DNA of 64,000 nt from Bacillota bacterium (GTDB lineage: Bacteria; Bacillota; Sulfobacillia; JAJZIM01). A model generated the notes under the pieces. That model was not told the DNA's origin. It saw only the letters and a list, made by a program, of their open reading frames with translations, and ran no database searches. A program made the position numbers and the translations under genes. This document shows, one piece after another, positions 19,015 through 27,836 of the stretch (within the stretch, counting starts at the first letter, position 1; each line of letters starts with the position of its first letter). The stretch covers positions 18,429-82,428 of the forward strand of contig JAJZIM010000002.1 of NCBI GenBank assembly GCA_021810565.1. The letters run 5' to 3'.

Positions 19015-19973
19015 CGCAACTGCGCCGCCGGTCGGGTCCGCCAATGCTCCAGCACGTCGGCCAGGCTGCGCTCCCAGGGGATGGCCGGCACCCATCCCGT
19101 GGCTTCCCGCAGTTTCCCGGCGTCACCCCGGATGTCGGGCAGGTCCACCGCCCGCACCCGCCGCGCCTCCTGCTCCACCCGCACCGGAACCCGCGCCAGA
19201 CGGCGCAGGGACTCCAGCACCTCGGCCACCGATCGGCTGTGTCCCGTGGCCAAGTTGTATACCTCGCCCACCCGGCCACCGGTGGCCGCCAGGAGGTAGC
19301 CGCGCACCACGTCCCGCACGTCGCCGAGGTCGCGCCGCGGCGCGAGATTCCCCACCCGCAGCACCGGCGGGCCCAGGCCCCGCTCCGCCGCCGCCACCTG
19401 CCGGGCCAGGTCGGGTACCAGGTGGCGGCGGTCCTGGCCGGGGCCGGTGTAGCTGAAGCTGCGCACCACCACCACCCCCAAGCCCCAACGGCGGGCGTAG
19501 CTAAGCCCCAGCAGGCTCTGGCACAGCTTGCTGATCCCGTAGGGGGTGCACGGCCGCAGCCGGCTGTCCTCGGTGAGCGGCAGCTCCGCCCGGGGCGCGG
19601 GGCCATACTCCTCGCAGGACCCTATCAGGAGGACCCGGGCCTCGGGTGCCTGGCGCCGCACCGCTTCCAGCAGCCGGGCGGCACCGGTCGCGTTGGTCCG
19701 GAGGGTGGCCAGGGGGTCTTCCCAAGAGGCCGGCACCGAGGTCCTCCCCGCCAGATGGAAAACCACCCGCGGCGTCGCCTCGGCCACGATCTCCTCCCAT
19801 CCCTTGGCCGTGAGATCCGCCCGCCGCATTCTAACGCGGTCCCGAAAGGGAGTCACCCGGTCCAGGCTGCCGGCCGAGCGGGCCGTGCCCCACACCTCCC
19901 ATCCCTCACCCAGCAGCAACCGGGCCAGATGGCTGCCGGCGAATCCGTTGATGCCGGTGATCAGCGCCCGCAT
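19011..19973 (-). CDS. NAD-dependent epimerase/dehydratase family protein (GDP-4-keto-6-deoxy-D-mannose reductase Rmd-like), copy E1
   Basis: ORF 19011..20732 trimmed to M254 (cat at 19971-19973): MRALITGINGFAGSHLARLLLGEGWEVWG...YGISKL (Rossmann GxxGxxG plus catalytic YxxxK). Paralog of 25243..26214. Confidence 0.8.
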   Translation of the reverse strand: MRALITGINGFAGSHLARLLLGEGWEVWGTARSAGSLDRVTPFRDRVRMRRADLTAKGWEEIVAEATPRVVFHLAGRTSVPASWEDPLATLRTNATGAARLLEAVRRQAPEARVLLIGSCEEYGPAPRAELPLTEDSRLRPCTPYGISKLCQSLLGLSYARRWGLGVVVVRSFSYTGPGQDRRHLVPDLARQVAAAERGLGPPVLRVGNLAPRRDLGDVRDVVRGYLLAATGGRVGEVYNLATGHSRSVAEVLESLRRLARVPVRVEQEARRVRAVDLPDIRGDAGKLREATGWVPAIPWERSLADVLEHWRTRPAAQLR

Positions 19974-20692
19974 CCGCGCGTCCCCCGATTGCACTCGAAC
20001 AACTCGCCCTTGCGATCGTCCCAGCGCTCCCGCAGCAGCCGGTCGTGGTCCGCCATCAGCCGCTCCACGTTCTCCACGTAGCGGGCGCTGGTGGCGTGCG
20101 CATGGTGGCACACCGCCGCTTGATGCACCTCCAGCCGTAAGCCTTGGGCCTTGAGGCGCAGGCAGAAATCTGCCTCCTCGTTCCAGAAAGGACCAAAGGC
20201 CCAATCGTAGCCGCCGATCTCGGCGACCAGGTTGCGGAAGAGGAAGCAGTAGCCCACCAGCACGTCCACCCGCAGGCCCTCCCGCCGATCGGGAGACAGC
20301 TGCCAACTCTGCACGGCGTGCGCCCAGGCATTGTCGAAGCACACGCCCTCCACCCCCGTGCCCCCCACCCCGGGCTCGGCCAGGGGGGCCAGGAGCGCTT
20401 CCAGCCAGCCTTCCCCCACCTCGGTGTCGTTGTCCAAGGTGCAGATGAACTCCCCCCGGGCCTGGGCGAACCCGAAGTTGCGGGCGCACACCCCATAGTT
20501 GCGCTCCCGCGCCACCGCGTGCACCCGCGGGTCCCGCCTGGCCAGGCTTTGGAAATAGGCGGCGGTGCCGTCGGTGGAGCCGTTGTCCACCAGGATCAAC
20601 TCGTAGGCGGGTCGGGTGTGGGCGAGCACGCTCGCCACGCAGCGCCGACTGACCTCCCGGTTGTTGTGGGCCAAGACCACGATGGATACCAC
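19961..20692 (-). CDS. GT2-family glycosyltransferase (type B, copy 1)
   Basis: MVSIVVLAHNNREVSRRCVASVL...LILVDNGSTDGT...LDNDTEVGEGWLEALL. Paralog of 26290..27114. Confidence 0.8.
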   Translation of the reverse strand: MVSIVVLAHNNREVSRRCVASVLAHTRPAYELILVDNGSTDGTAAYFQSLARRDPRVHAVARERNYGVCARNFGFAQARGEFICTLDNDTEVGEGWLEALLAPLAEPGVGGTGVEGVCFDNAWAHAVQSWQLSPDRREGLRVDVLVGYCFLFRNLVAEIGGYDWAFGPFWNEEADFCLRLKAQGLRLEVHQAAVCHHAHATSARYVENVERLMADHDRLLRERWDDRKGELFECNRGTRGCGR

Positions 20693-20695
20693 CGT

Positions 20696-21742
20696 TCACG
20701 CCCCTCCCGCCGCGGCGATGCGGGCCAGCCAACGCCGCGCTGTCCGATGATAGGAGAAACCGCGGGCCCGGCGCCGCGCCTGCCGCGACAGCCGCGCCAG
20801 CCGTGGCGGGTCTGCCAGGAGGTCGGCGACCGCTCCAGCCATCCGCAAGGTGAAGTCACCCTCCCCCGGCCATCCGGGAAGCAGGATGCCGGTGGCCCCG
20901 TCGGCCACCGTGGTGGTGAGCGCCCCCAGGCGAGTGGCCACCGTGGGCGCCCCGGCCGCCTGGCACTCCAAGGCAGCCAGACAGAACAGCTCCGGCACGG
21001 TGCATGGATACAGGTGCATGGCGGCGGTCATCTGCTCCCGCACCAACCGGGAGCGGGAGACCTTGCCCAGATACTCCACTCCCGGCAGTCCGGCCAGCCG
21101 CCGCCGGTGCTCCTCGTCCCCCGGAGGGCGGCCCCACAGGGAGAAATCGCTGGTGACCACCAGGTGCGCCGCGGCGCAGCGCCGCTGGATCTCCTCCAGG
21201 ATCGGCCCCAGGTGCTCGGCCCCCCGGCCCGGCACCGAGCAGTAGAGCAGCTTCGCCGGATCCCGCCGCGGCCCGGCGCGGTAATCGGAGAGGTTCACCC
21301 CCAGGGGGATCTCCCACAAGAGCGCCGGGGACAACCCCGAGCGGCGCGCCAACTGGGCCGTGTGGTAGGGGCTCAGGGTGACCACCGCCCGCAGGTGGGG
21401 CAGCAGGTGCTCCCAGTCCCCCACCAACACGGCATCTTCCTCACAGGACCAAAACAGCTTGACCCGCGAGCGCACCCCGGGCAGGCACTCCACCGGGCCC
21501 CGCATCCCCACGAAGGCATCCCACCCCTCCCCCTTTCCGAGGCTGCCCCGGGGCCGGTAGCACACCCCCCGATGCACCTCGGGCCGGCCCACGCCGCAAA
21601 ACACCGTCACCGCCGCGTGCCGGGCCAGGTGCCGCACCAGCAAGATCAGGGCCGTCTCCGTGCCGCCCAATCCCCGGCCCTCCAGATCGGCGCCACGCCA
21701 GCCCCAATCCCCGGGGGCGTCATAGTAGAAGGCGATGCGCAC
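20696..21742 (-). CDS. glycosyltransferase GT4 (type G, copy 1)
   Basis: MRIAFYYDAPGDWGWRGADLEGRGLGGTETALILLVRHLA...ELFCLAALECQAAGAPTVATRLGALTTTVADGATGILL. Paralog of 24197..25246. Confidence 0.8.
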   Translation of the reverse strand: MRIAFYYDAPGDWGWRGADLEGRGLGGTETALILLVRHLARHAAVTVFCGVGRPEVHRGVCYRPRGSLGKGEGWDAFVGMRGPVECLPGVRSRVKLFWSCEEDAVLVGDWEHLLPHLRAVVTLSPYHTAQLARRSGLSPALLWEIPLGVNLSDYRAGPRRDPAKLLYCSVPGRGAEHLGPILEEIQRRCAAAHLVVTSDFSLWGRPPGDEEHRRRLAGLPGVEYLGKVSRSRLVREQMTAAMHLYPCTVPELFCLAALECQAAGAPTVATRLGALTTTVADGATGILLPGWPGEGDFTLRMAGAVADLLADPPRLARLSRQARRRARGFSYHRTARRWLARIAAAGGA

Positions 21743-21758
21743 CCCCGCACCCTCCTTT

Positions 21759-22457
21759 TCAGTACAGATTGGTTACCCGTGGCGCGTCCGACCCCCACCG
21801 CGCCACGTAGCGGCGGCGGTTGGCCGCCTCGCCGTCCAGACGCACCGCATAGCGGGTGGCGGCGGCACGGTGCCACACCACGCTGCCCTTGGTCACCAGC
21901 ACGGCGTAGCCGGCCGCCAGGAGGCGGTTGTTGTAGTCCCAATCCTCGTACTCGGCGTGGTTGACATAGCCCTCGTCGTGGGGACCCACCGCCTCGGCCG
22001 CCGCCCGGGGGATCACCCACGGGTTGCCGTTGCCGGCTTCCAGAAAAGCGCCCTGGGTCCGGACGAATTCCGCCACCTCCGCCTCGGTGTATTCCCGGTC
22101 CAACAGGTTCCAGGAGGACACCTTGCCCGCCCCGGGCCGGCGCTCCAGGACCGCCAGCAATCCCGACAGCCAACCCGGGTAGAAGACCATGTCGTTGTGG
22201 ATCCAACAAAGGCAATCCACGACCGGATCGGTCAGCAGATGGGAGCGCGCCCGGTTCTGAACCCAGGGCAGCGATCGGGGAGCACGGCCCGTCAGCACCT
22301 CCACCCCCTCTCGGCGCAAAAACTCCGGCGTCCCGTCCCGGGATCCGTTGTCCACCGCGATCAGGCGGTGCGGCGCGTCCACGGTACGTCGAAAGCTCTC
22401 CAGGCAGCGCCGGGTGAGCGGCAGGAAGTCGAAACAGGTGAGGAAGACGCCCACCAT
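21759..22457 (-). CDS. small GT2-family glycosyltransferase, paralog family A (copy 2)
   Basis: MVGVFLTCFDFLPLTRRCLESF...LIAVDNGSRDGT...WIHNDMVFYPGWLSGL...YEDWDYNNRLLAAG. Confidence 0.75.
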   Translation of the reverse strand: MVGVFLTCFDFLPLTRRCLESFRRTVDAPHRLIAVDNGSRDGTPEFLRREGVEVLTGRAPRSLPWVQNRARSHLLTDPVVDCLCWIHNDMVFYPGWLSGLLAVLERRPGAGKVSSWNLLDREYTEAEVAEFVRTQGAFLEAGNGNPWVIPRAAAEAVGPHDEGYVNHAEYEDWDYNNRLLAAGYAVLVTKGSVVWHRAAATRYAVRLDGEAANRRRYVARWGSDAPRVTNLY

Positions 22458-22460
22458 GGC

Positions 22461-23468
22461 TCACGCCACCAGCTCCAGATAGCGGCGGGCCACCTGGTCC
22501 CAGCAGTTGGCATCGATGAAGGCCTGCTGGCGGCGCTCCCGCTCGGGGTCCACCAAGCCGTGCTGCAGCCAGACGGCCAGCTCCCCGGGATCACGCAGCT
22601 TGACGAACACATCTGCCGGCAGGTCTTGGAACCAGGGTACCCCGTTGTTCACCAGCACCAGGCGGTGCGCGGCCACGGCCAGTTGCGCCGCGCTCGAGAC
22701 CACCTGGGCGTCCACCGGCGGATACCACAACACGGTGGCGTGGGCCGCCGCCAGCCGACCCACCAATTCGCGCTGGTCGAACCAATCGCGCAGCAGGATC
22801 AGGTCGGCGGCGTTGGGCAGGGTGCAGGAATACAGGGGATCGAAGGCCAGGGTGGTCCAGCCGATGCTCCGGGCCGCGCCGTAGATCAGCCGGTAATCCA
22901 CCTTTCCCATTCCCAGGGTGGCCACCAGGTCGGCGGGCCAGCCCTCCCGGTGCTGCACCTCCCGCCGGGGCACCTCGGGCAGCCGCTGCACCCCCTGGGG
23001 GATCACCGTAGCCCCCGGCAACCGACGGAGAAGGCTGGCGCCATGCACCACCCGAACGTCCGCCAACTCGGGCAGCCCCGAGGGGATGTACGAGTCGTGG
23101 AAGGTCACCACCCGCCGCAGCCCCCGGGCGGCGCAGCGAGCCAACAGCTCGGTCAGAAAAGCCCCCGGATAGATGGAGGCCTGGTACTCCACCAACAGGG
23201 CCCGGATCTCCCAGCCCATGATCTGGCGCCAGACCAGCTCAAGGTCGTAGCCCGCCCCCCGGGACCACGGCTGCACCTCGAAGCAGGCCACCGCTTCCGG
23301 TTCGGAGCGGGTCAGCCGTCCCCGGTGCTCGGGGCGGATGCGCCCGTCGGTCCAATTGCCGAAGATGGTCACCGCGTGTCCCTGCTCCCGCAGTTTGCCG
23401 GCCAACTCCACCGCGTTCTCGGCCACCGCGCACTTGATGCCGTGGGAGGACAGGATGCCGATGCGCAA
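22461..23468 (-). CDS. glycosyltransferase, GT-B-like (GT1/GT4 superfamily, divergent)
   Basis: 335 aa: MRIGILSSHGIKCAVAENAVELAGKLREQGHAVTIFG... Two Rossmann-like halves; weaker similarity, hence lower confidence. Confidence 0.55.
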   Translation of the reverse strand: MRIGILSSHGIKCAVAENAVELAGKLREQGHAVTIFGNWTDGRIRPEHRGRLTRSEPEAVACFEVQPWSRGAGYDLELVWRQIMGWEIRALLVEYQASIYPGAFLTELLARCAARGLRRVVTFHDSYIPSGLPELADVRVVHGASLLRRLPGATVIPQGVQRLPEVPRREVQHREGWPADLVATLGMGKVDYRLIYGAARSIGWTTLAFDPLYSCTLPNAADLILLRDWFDQRELVGRLAAAHATVLWYPPVDAQVVSSAAQLAVAAHRLVLVNNGVPWFQDLPADVFVKLRDPGELAVWLQHGLVDPERERRQQAFIDANCWDQVARRYLELVA

Positions 23469-23481
23469 GGGGGTCCCTCCT

Positions 23482-24192
23482 TCAAAAGGGTGCGGGCAGG
23501 CGCAGGTGCAGGCTGCCCCATTTCCCGATGTAGCGCGCCTTGTTGCTCTCGTCCCAATCCGGCCGGTGGGTGTGACGTCGGGTGCCGGCCTGCTCGTGCC
23601 GCACCGCGCTGGCCTTGGTGATCATCACCGGGTATCCGGCCAGGAGCAGGCGGTTGTTGTAGTCGTGGTCCTCGTAGATGCAGTCGCCCACGTAGCCCTC
23701 GTCGTGCAGGCCCACCTCCTCCACCACCGCTCGGGGCATGATCCAGGGCACCGCGTTTCCCAGCTTGAGGTAGCCGCCGGACAGGCGCATGAAGCGTCCC
23801 ACCTCCTCCTCGGTGAAGTCTCTGGACTCGGTCAACTCCCACGGGGAAAGCTTGCCGATCCACGGCGCGCGCTGAAACACCTGCCCCAGGTTCGCGAGCC
23901 ACCCCGGGAAGAAGCGCATGTCGTTGTGGATCCAGGCCAGGTGGGTCACCCCCGGATCCGCCAGGAGCCGGCATAACCCCAGGTTGATGGCCGCCGCCTG
24001 GCTGCACGGCGCCGCCACGGCGATCACCTCGTAGCCCCGGGAAAGCAGGTATTCCCGGGTGCCGTCCTCGGACGCGTTGTCCACCACCACCAGGCGGTGG
24101 GGCGTGTGGTCGGACCCGTAGTGGAAGCTGTCCAGGGCCGATCGGGTCTTCTCCAGGAAATTGTAGGTGGTGAGCACCACTCCCGCCAACAT
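23482..24192 (-). CDS. small GT2-family glycosyltransferase, paralog family A (copy 3)
   Basis: MLAGVVLTTYNFLEKTRSALDSF...LVVVDNASEDGT...WIHNDMRFFPGWLANL...YEDHDYNNRLLLAG. Confidence 0.75.
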   Translation of the reverse strand: MLAGVVLTTYNFLEKTRSALDSFHYGSDHTPHRLVVVDNASEDGTREYLLSRGYEVIAVAAPCSQAAAINLGLCRLLADPGVTHLAWIHNDMRFFPGWLANLGQVFQRAPWIGKLSPWELTESRDFTEEEVGRFMRLSGGYLKLGNAVPWIMPRAVVEEVGLHDEGYVGDCIYEDHDYNNRLLLAGYPVMITKASAVRHEQAGTRRHTHRPDWDESNKARYIGKWGSLHLRLPAPF

Positions 24193-24196
24193 CGCA

Positions 24197-25246
24197 TCAT
24201 CTCCCCTCGGACAACGCGGCCAGTTTCGCCGTCCAGTCCCCCGCCACCGCCTCCCAGGAAAAACCGCTCAGGGCCCGGCAATGGGCCGCCTCCCCCATGG
24301 CCTGCAGCCGCTGGGGATCGCGCAGCAGGGCCAACACCGCCTCGGCGAAAGCGCGATGGCCTTCGGGATCGGCGTGGGGGGAACGCTCCAGGAGGATCCC
24401 CGTGACCCCGTCCGCCACCGTGGTGGCCAGGGCTCCGATCCGCGGCGCCACCGTGGGCGCCCCCGCCGCCTGGCACTCCAGGGAGGCCAGGCAGAACAGC
24501 TCCTGCACCAGACACGGGTACAGGTGCACCACGCTCTCACCCTGCAGCCGCACCAGCTCGCGCCGCGGCAACTTTCCCAGATAGCGCACCCCCGGCACCC
24601 CGGCCAAGGTGGCCCGATAAGGGGCGTCCCCCGGATCCGAGCGGCCCCACAGTCGAAAGTCGCCGGTGACCACCAGGGAGGCGGCCGGATATGCTTCCCG
24701 GATCATCCCGAAGATGGGCGCCAGATGCTCCGCCCCGCGGTCGGGCACCGAGCAGTAGATCAGCCGGCCCGGCACCTTGCGCGCCGGCGCGGCATACTCC
24801 GCCGGGGACACCCCCAAGAAGCCGGTGTGCAGCTTCCCGGGGGGAATGGCGAAACGTCGGGACAAAAGCTCGGCATGAAAGGGGCTCAAGGCGAAGACGC
24901 AATCCAGGTGGGGCAGGTAGTCGCGGTAGCTTTTCACCCGCACCTGGTCATCCTCCAAGGACCAGTGCACCTTGACCCGGGCGGGAAGCTCCCGGATGCC
25001 GGGGGTGTAGGACAGGCTGACGAAGGCGTCCCAAGGGCCGCCGCGCTCCAGCAGTCCGACCGGCAGGTAGGTGACGCCGGCGTGCCGGCCCGGGCGGCGC
25101 GTGCCGTTGTACACCGTGACCCGGTGGTGGCGGGCCAGCTCCCGGGCCAGGAAGACCAGGGCGGCCTCCGTGCCGCCCAGGCCCCTTCCCTCCAGATCCT
25201 CTCCCCGCCAGTCCCAGGTGTCCGCCAGGTAAAAGGCGATTTTCAT
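24197..25246 (-). CDS. glycosyltransferase GT4 (type G, copy 2)
   Basis: ORF 24197..26140 trimmed to the internal ATG (cat at 25244-25246), 349 aa: MKIAFYLADTWDWRGEDLEGRGLGGTEAALVFLARELA...ELFCLASLECQAAGAPTVAPRIGALATTVADGVTGILL. The upstream 298 codons of the track ORF are an antisense/alternate-frame artefact over the epimerase gene. Confidence 0.8.
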   Translation of the reverse strand: MKIAFYLADTWDWRGEDLEGRGLGGTEAALVFLARELARHHRVTVYNGTRRPGRHAGVTYLPVGLLERGGPWDAFVSLSYTPGIRELPARVKVHWSLEDDQVRVKSYRDYLPHLDCVFALSPFHAELLSRRFAIPPGKLHTGFLGVSPAEYAAPARKVPGRLIYCSVPDRGAEHLAPIFGMIREAYPAASLVVTGDFRLWGRSDPGDAPYRATLAGVPGVRYLGKLPRRELVRLQGESVVHLYPCLVQELFCLASLECQAAGAPTVAPRIGALATTVADGVTGILLERSPHADPEGHRAFAEAVLALLRDPQRLQAMGEAAHCRALSGFSWEAVAGDWTAKLAALSEGR

Positions 25247-26214
25247 GCCGTCCGCCTGCCGCCCAGCCGTTCCCGCCAATATTCCAGGAGGTCGGCCAGC
25301 GTGCGCTCGAAGGGAAGCTCGGGACCCCAGCCGGTGCGCTCCCGGAACCGGCCCGCGTCCCCCAGCAGCACCGGCACGTCGGAGGGACGCAGCCTGGTCG
25401 GATCCCGGCGCACCTCGATGGGCACCCGCGCCAGGTCCAGGAGGATATCCACCACCTCGCCGATGGAGTGGGCCTGGCCGCTGGCTAGGTTGTAGACCGC
25501 CCCGGGCTCCCCCAGCTCCAGGGCCAGCCGGTAGGCGCGGACCATGTCCCGCACGTCGGTGAAATCGCGGCGGGCGGAAAGGTTCCCCACCCACAGCACC
25601 GGCTCCTTGAGGCCCAGTTCGATCTGAGCCACTTGGCGAGCGAAATCGGAGGTGGCGAACACCTTGCCCCGCCGCGGGCCGGTGTGGTTGAAGGCCCGGG
25701 TGCGCACCACCGCCAGACCGTAGCTGGCGAAATACTGGTATCCTAGGTAGTCTTGGGCCACCTTGCTCACGGCGTAGGGGGAAAGGGGACGCAGGGGATT
25801 CTCCTCCCCGATGGGCAGTTCCTCCTCCCGCACCAGTCCGTACTCCTCCGAGGAGCAGGCCACCAGGATCCGCGGGGCGGGATCGAGCCGGCGGGACGCC
25901 TCCAACAGGTTCAACTCCCCCAGCACATTGGTGGCGAAGGTCTCCTCCGGTTCCCGCCAGGAGGTGGGCACGAAGCTCTGGGCCGCCAAGTGGAAGATCC
26001 CCTCGGGAGCCACCTCCGCCACGGCCCGCCAAGTCGCCCAGGAATCGCGCAGGTCCGCCTCCACCAAGTGCACCCGTCCCGCCAAGTGGCGGATGTTGTC
26101 CAGGGGGCTGCGCCAGCGCACCAGGCCCCATACCTCCCAACCGGACTGCTCCAGGAGATGCTCGGCCAAGTGACTGCCCGCGAAGCCGGTGATACCCGTG
26201 ATCAGCACCCGCAA
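25243..26214 (-). CDS. NAD-dependent epimerase/dehydratase family protein (Rmd-like), copy E2
   Basis: MRVLITGITGFAGSHLAEHLLEQSGWEVWG...YAVSKV. Paralog of 19011..19973. ATGA overlap with the downstream GT4. Confidence 0.8.
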   Translation of the reverse strand: MRVLITGITGFAGSHLAEHLLEQSGWEVWGLVRWRSPLDNIRHLAGRVHLVEADLRDSWATWRAVAEVAPEGIFHLAAQSFVPTSWREPEETFATNVLGELNLLEASRRLDPAPRILVACSSEEYGLVREEELPIGEENPLRPLSPYAVSKVAQDYLGYQYFASYGLAVVRTRAFNHTGPRRGKVFATSDFARQVAQIELGLKEPVLWVGNLSARRDFTDVRDMVRAYRLALELGEPGAVYNLASGQAHSIGEVVDILLDLARVPIEVRRDPTRLRPSDVPVLLGDAGRFRERTGWGPELPFERTLADLLEYWRERLGGRRTA

Positions 26215-26289
26215 GGATATCTCCTCCGTCCCTTCGTTATGTCACCACATGCTATGCACCTGCCCTTCCGCCGGTCACCCTTGGTCGGC

Positions 26290-27114
26290 TCAAAGGTCCG
26301 TGATCACCGCGTTGGACCACAGCGCCGCCGATTCGGCCTGGCCCACCGAACCCCATTTGCGCAGGAAGGCCTTGCGGGCGGCGGCATCGGAACCGGACGG
26401 CAGGTGGCGGTCCGTGGCCCCGCCGAAATGGTGGACGTACACCCCGCCGTAGACGTAGACCCGGGAGCAGCGAGGATGGCGCTGGGTGCGCAGGAAGTAG
26501 TCAATGTCCTCGTACCAGGCCGGGCCGAAGCTCTCGTCGAAGGGACCCAGCTCCTCCACCAACTCGCGGCGCAGCAGCATGCACGCGGCGTTGTGCATCG
26601 CCAGGCGCACTCCGGCGTGCCGCTCGCCGAAGGCTGCGGCGAAGGCGTCGAAGCTGCCGCCGTAGGCCCCGTCCAGGTCGTCCCAGGTGCGACCCGACCC
26701 GATGCGCTCCCGCTCCGGGAACAGATCCGGCCGCAGGCTCAGACGCCAGTTGTCGCAGGCGCACACGATGCCAGCTGTGGGGTGGCCTTCCATCTCCCGC
26801 AGCAGTCCCTCCAGCCATCTCGGCGACAACACCACGTCGTTGTTGCAGATGCACACGTGCCGAGCGCCGGCGGCGGCCAGCCCCTGGTTCCACGCCCGGG
26901 CCACTCCCAGGTTGCCCCGGTTGCGGATGACCCGGGCACCGGCGGCGGCGAACAGCGCCGCGGTGTCGTCGTCGGAGCCGTTGTCCACCCCGATCAACTC
27001 GGTTGCGCCTGGGGTGTGGCGCCGGAAGGAGCCCAGGAACCCCCGGGTGAATTCCCGTTGGTTGTGGGCGGCCACCACCACCGCGCAGGACGCCTCCCCG
27101 CCCGCCCTCACCAC
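26290..27114 (-). CDS. GT2-family glycosyltransferase (type B, copy 2)
   Basis: Track ORF 26290..27399 has an ATG start that would overlap the upstream gene by ~140 nt. I propose a GTG start at ~27111-27114, overlapping the upstream TGA: VVRAGGEASCAVVVAAHNQREFTRGFLGSF...LIGVDNGSDDDT...CNNDVVLSPRWLEGLL. Confidence 0.65.
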   Translation of the reverse strand: MVRAGGEASCAVVVAAHNQREFTRGFLGSFRRHTPGATELIGVDNGSDDDTAALFAAAGARVIRNRGNLGVARAWNQGLAAAGARHVCICNNDVVLSPRWLEGLLREMEGHPTAGIVCACDNWRLSLRPDLFPERERIGSGRTWDDLDGAYGGSFDAFAAAFGERHAGVRLAMHNAACMLLRRELVEELGPFDESFGPAWYEDIDYFLRTQRHPRCSRVYVYGGVYVHHFGGATDRHLPSGSDAAARKAFLRKWGSVGQAESAALWSNAVITDL

Positions 27115-27836
27115 AGGCGGCGCTCCAGGGCCGCCCCCGGGTGGCACCAGCCCCAGTGCAGGTGACCCCACTTGCGGCTGTAATAGGCGCGGTTTTGCTC
27201 CTCCGCCCCGACCGGCTGCAGGGCGCCACGGGTGGTGGCGTTGCATCCGTGCCACACCAGGCTGCGGCGGGTAACCATGACCGGGATCCCCCGCTCCAGC
27301 AGGCGGTTGTTGTAGTCCCAATCCTCGTAGGCCCCCCCGTGGACGAACCCCTCGTCGTGGGGACCGACCTCGGCGACGGCCCACTTGGGCATCAGCCACG
27401 GGATGGCGTTCCCCAGGCGCAGCCAGTTTCGCTCCCGCTCGATGCGCGCCAGGACCTCGCCGTCGTCGGGCACCTCCCCCGTGAGATGCGTGGCCCCCAG
27501 CTTGCCGATCTCGGGGTGTTCCCGCAGCACGGCCACCAGATTGTCCAGCCAGCGGGGCAAAAGGATCATGTCGTTTTCAATCCAGCCGATGTACTCCACC
27601 TCCGGATCGTCCATGAAGGCGGCGGTACCCAGGTTCATGGCCCGGGGCAGGCTCACGCGCTCCGGGCTGATCCACACCTCGTGGCCCATCTCCCGCAGCC
27701 GCTGCGGCGTTCCGTCGTCGGAACAATTGTCCAGGATCAAGAGGCGGCACCGGCCCTCGGTGCAGCGCCGAAAGCTCTCCAGACAGCGTTGGGTCTGTTC
27801 CCAAAGGTTGAAGGTGGTCAGGAATATCCCCACCAA
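27108..27836 (-). CDS. small GT2-family glycosyltransferase, paralog family A (copy 4)
   Basis: Track ORF 27108..27908. By analogy to the other three copies (MVGVF/MRIGII/MLAGVV), the probable start is TTG at ~27836 (or GTG at 27833) with GGAGGG 8 nt upstream: (M)VGIFLTTFNLWEQTQRCLESF...LLILDNCSDDGT...WIENDMILLPRWLDNL...YEDWDYNNRLLERG. Confidence 0.7.
   Translation of the reverse strand: MVGIFLTTFNLWEQTQRCLESFRRCTEGRCRLLILDNCSDDGTPQRLREMGHEVWISPERVSLPRAMNLGTAAFMDDPEVEYIGWIENDMILLPRWLDNLVAVLREHPEIGKLGATHLTGEVPDDGEVLARIERERNWLRLGNAIPWLMPKWAVAEVGPHDEGFVHGGAYEDWDYNNRLLERGIPVMVTRRSLVWHGCNATTRGALQPVGAEEQNRAYYSRKWGHLHWGWCHPGAALERRLW

Noticed and set aside
19011-20732. 573-aa 'fusion' ORF, and likewise 24197..26140 (647 aa), 2403..4094, 30317..31438, 31006..32322, 33389..34579
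   Set aside because: N-terminal portions run through the upstream gene in a different frame. Trimmed to internal starts with RBS and homology support. No evidence they are real fusions.
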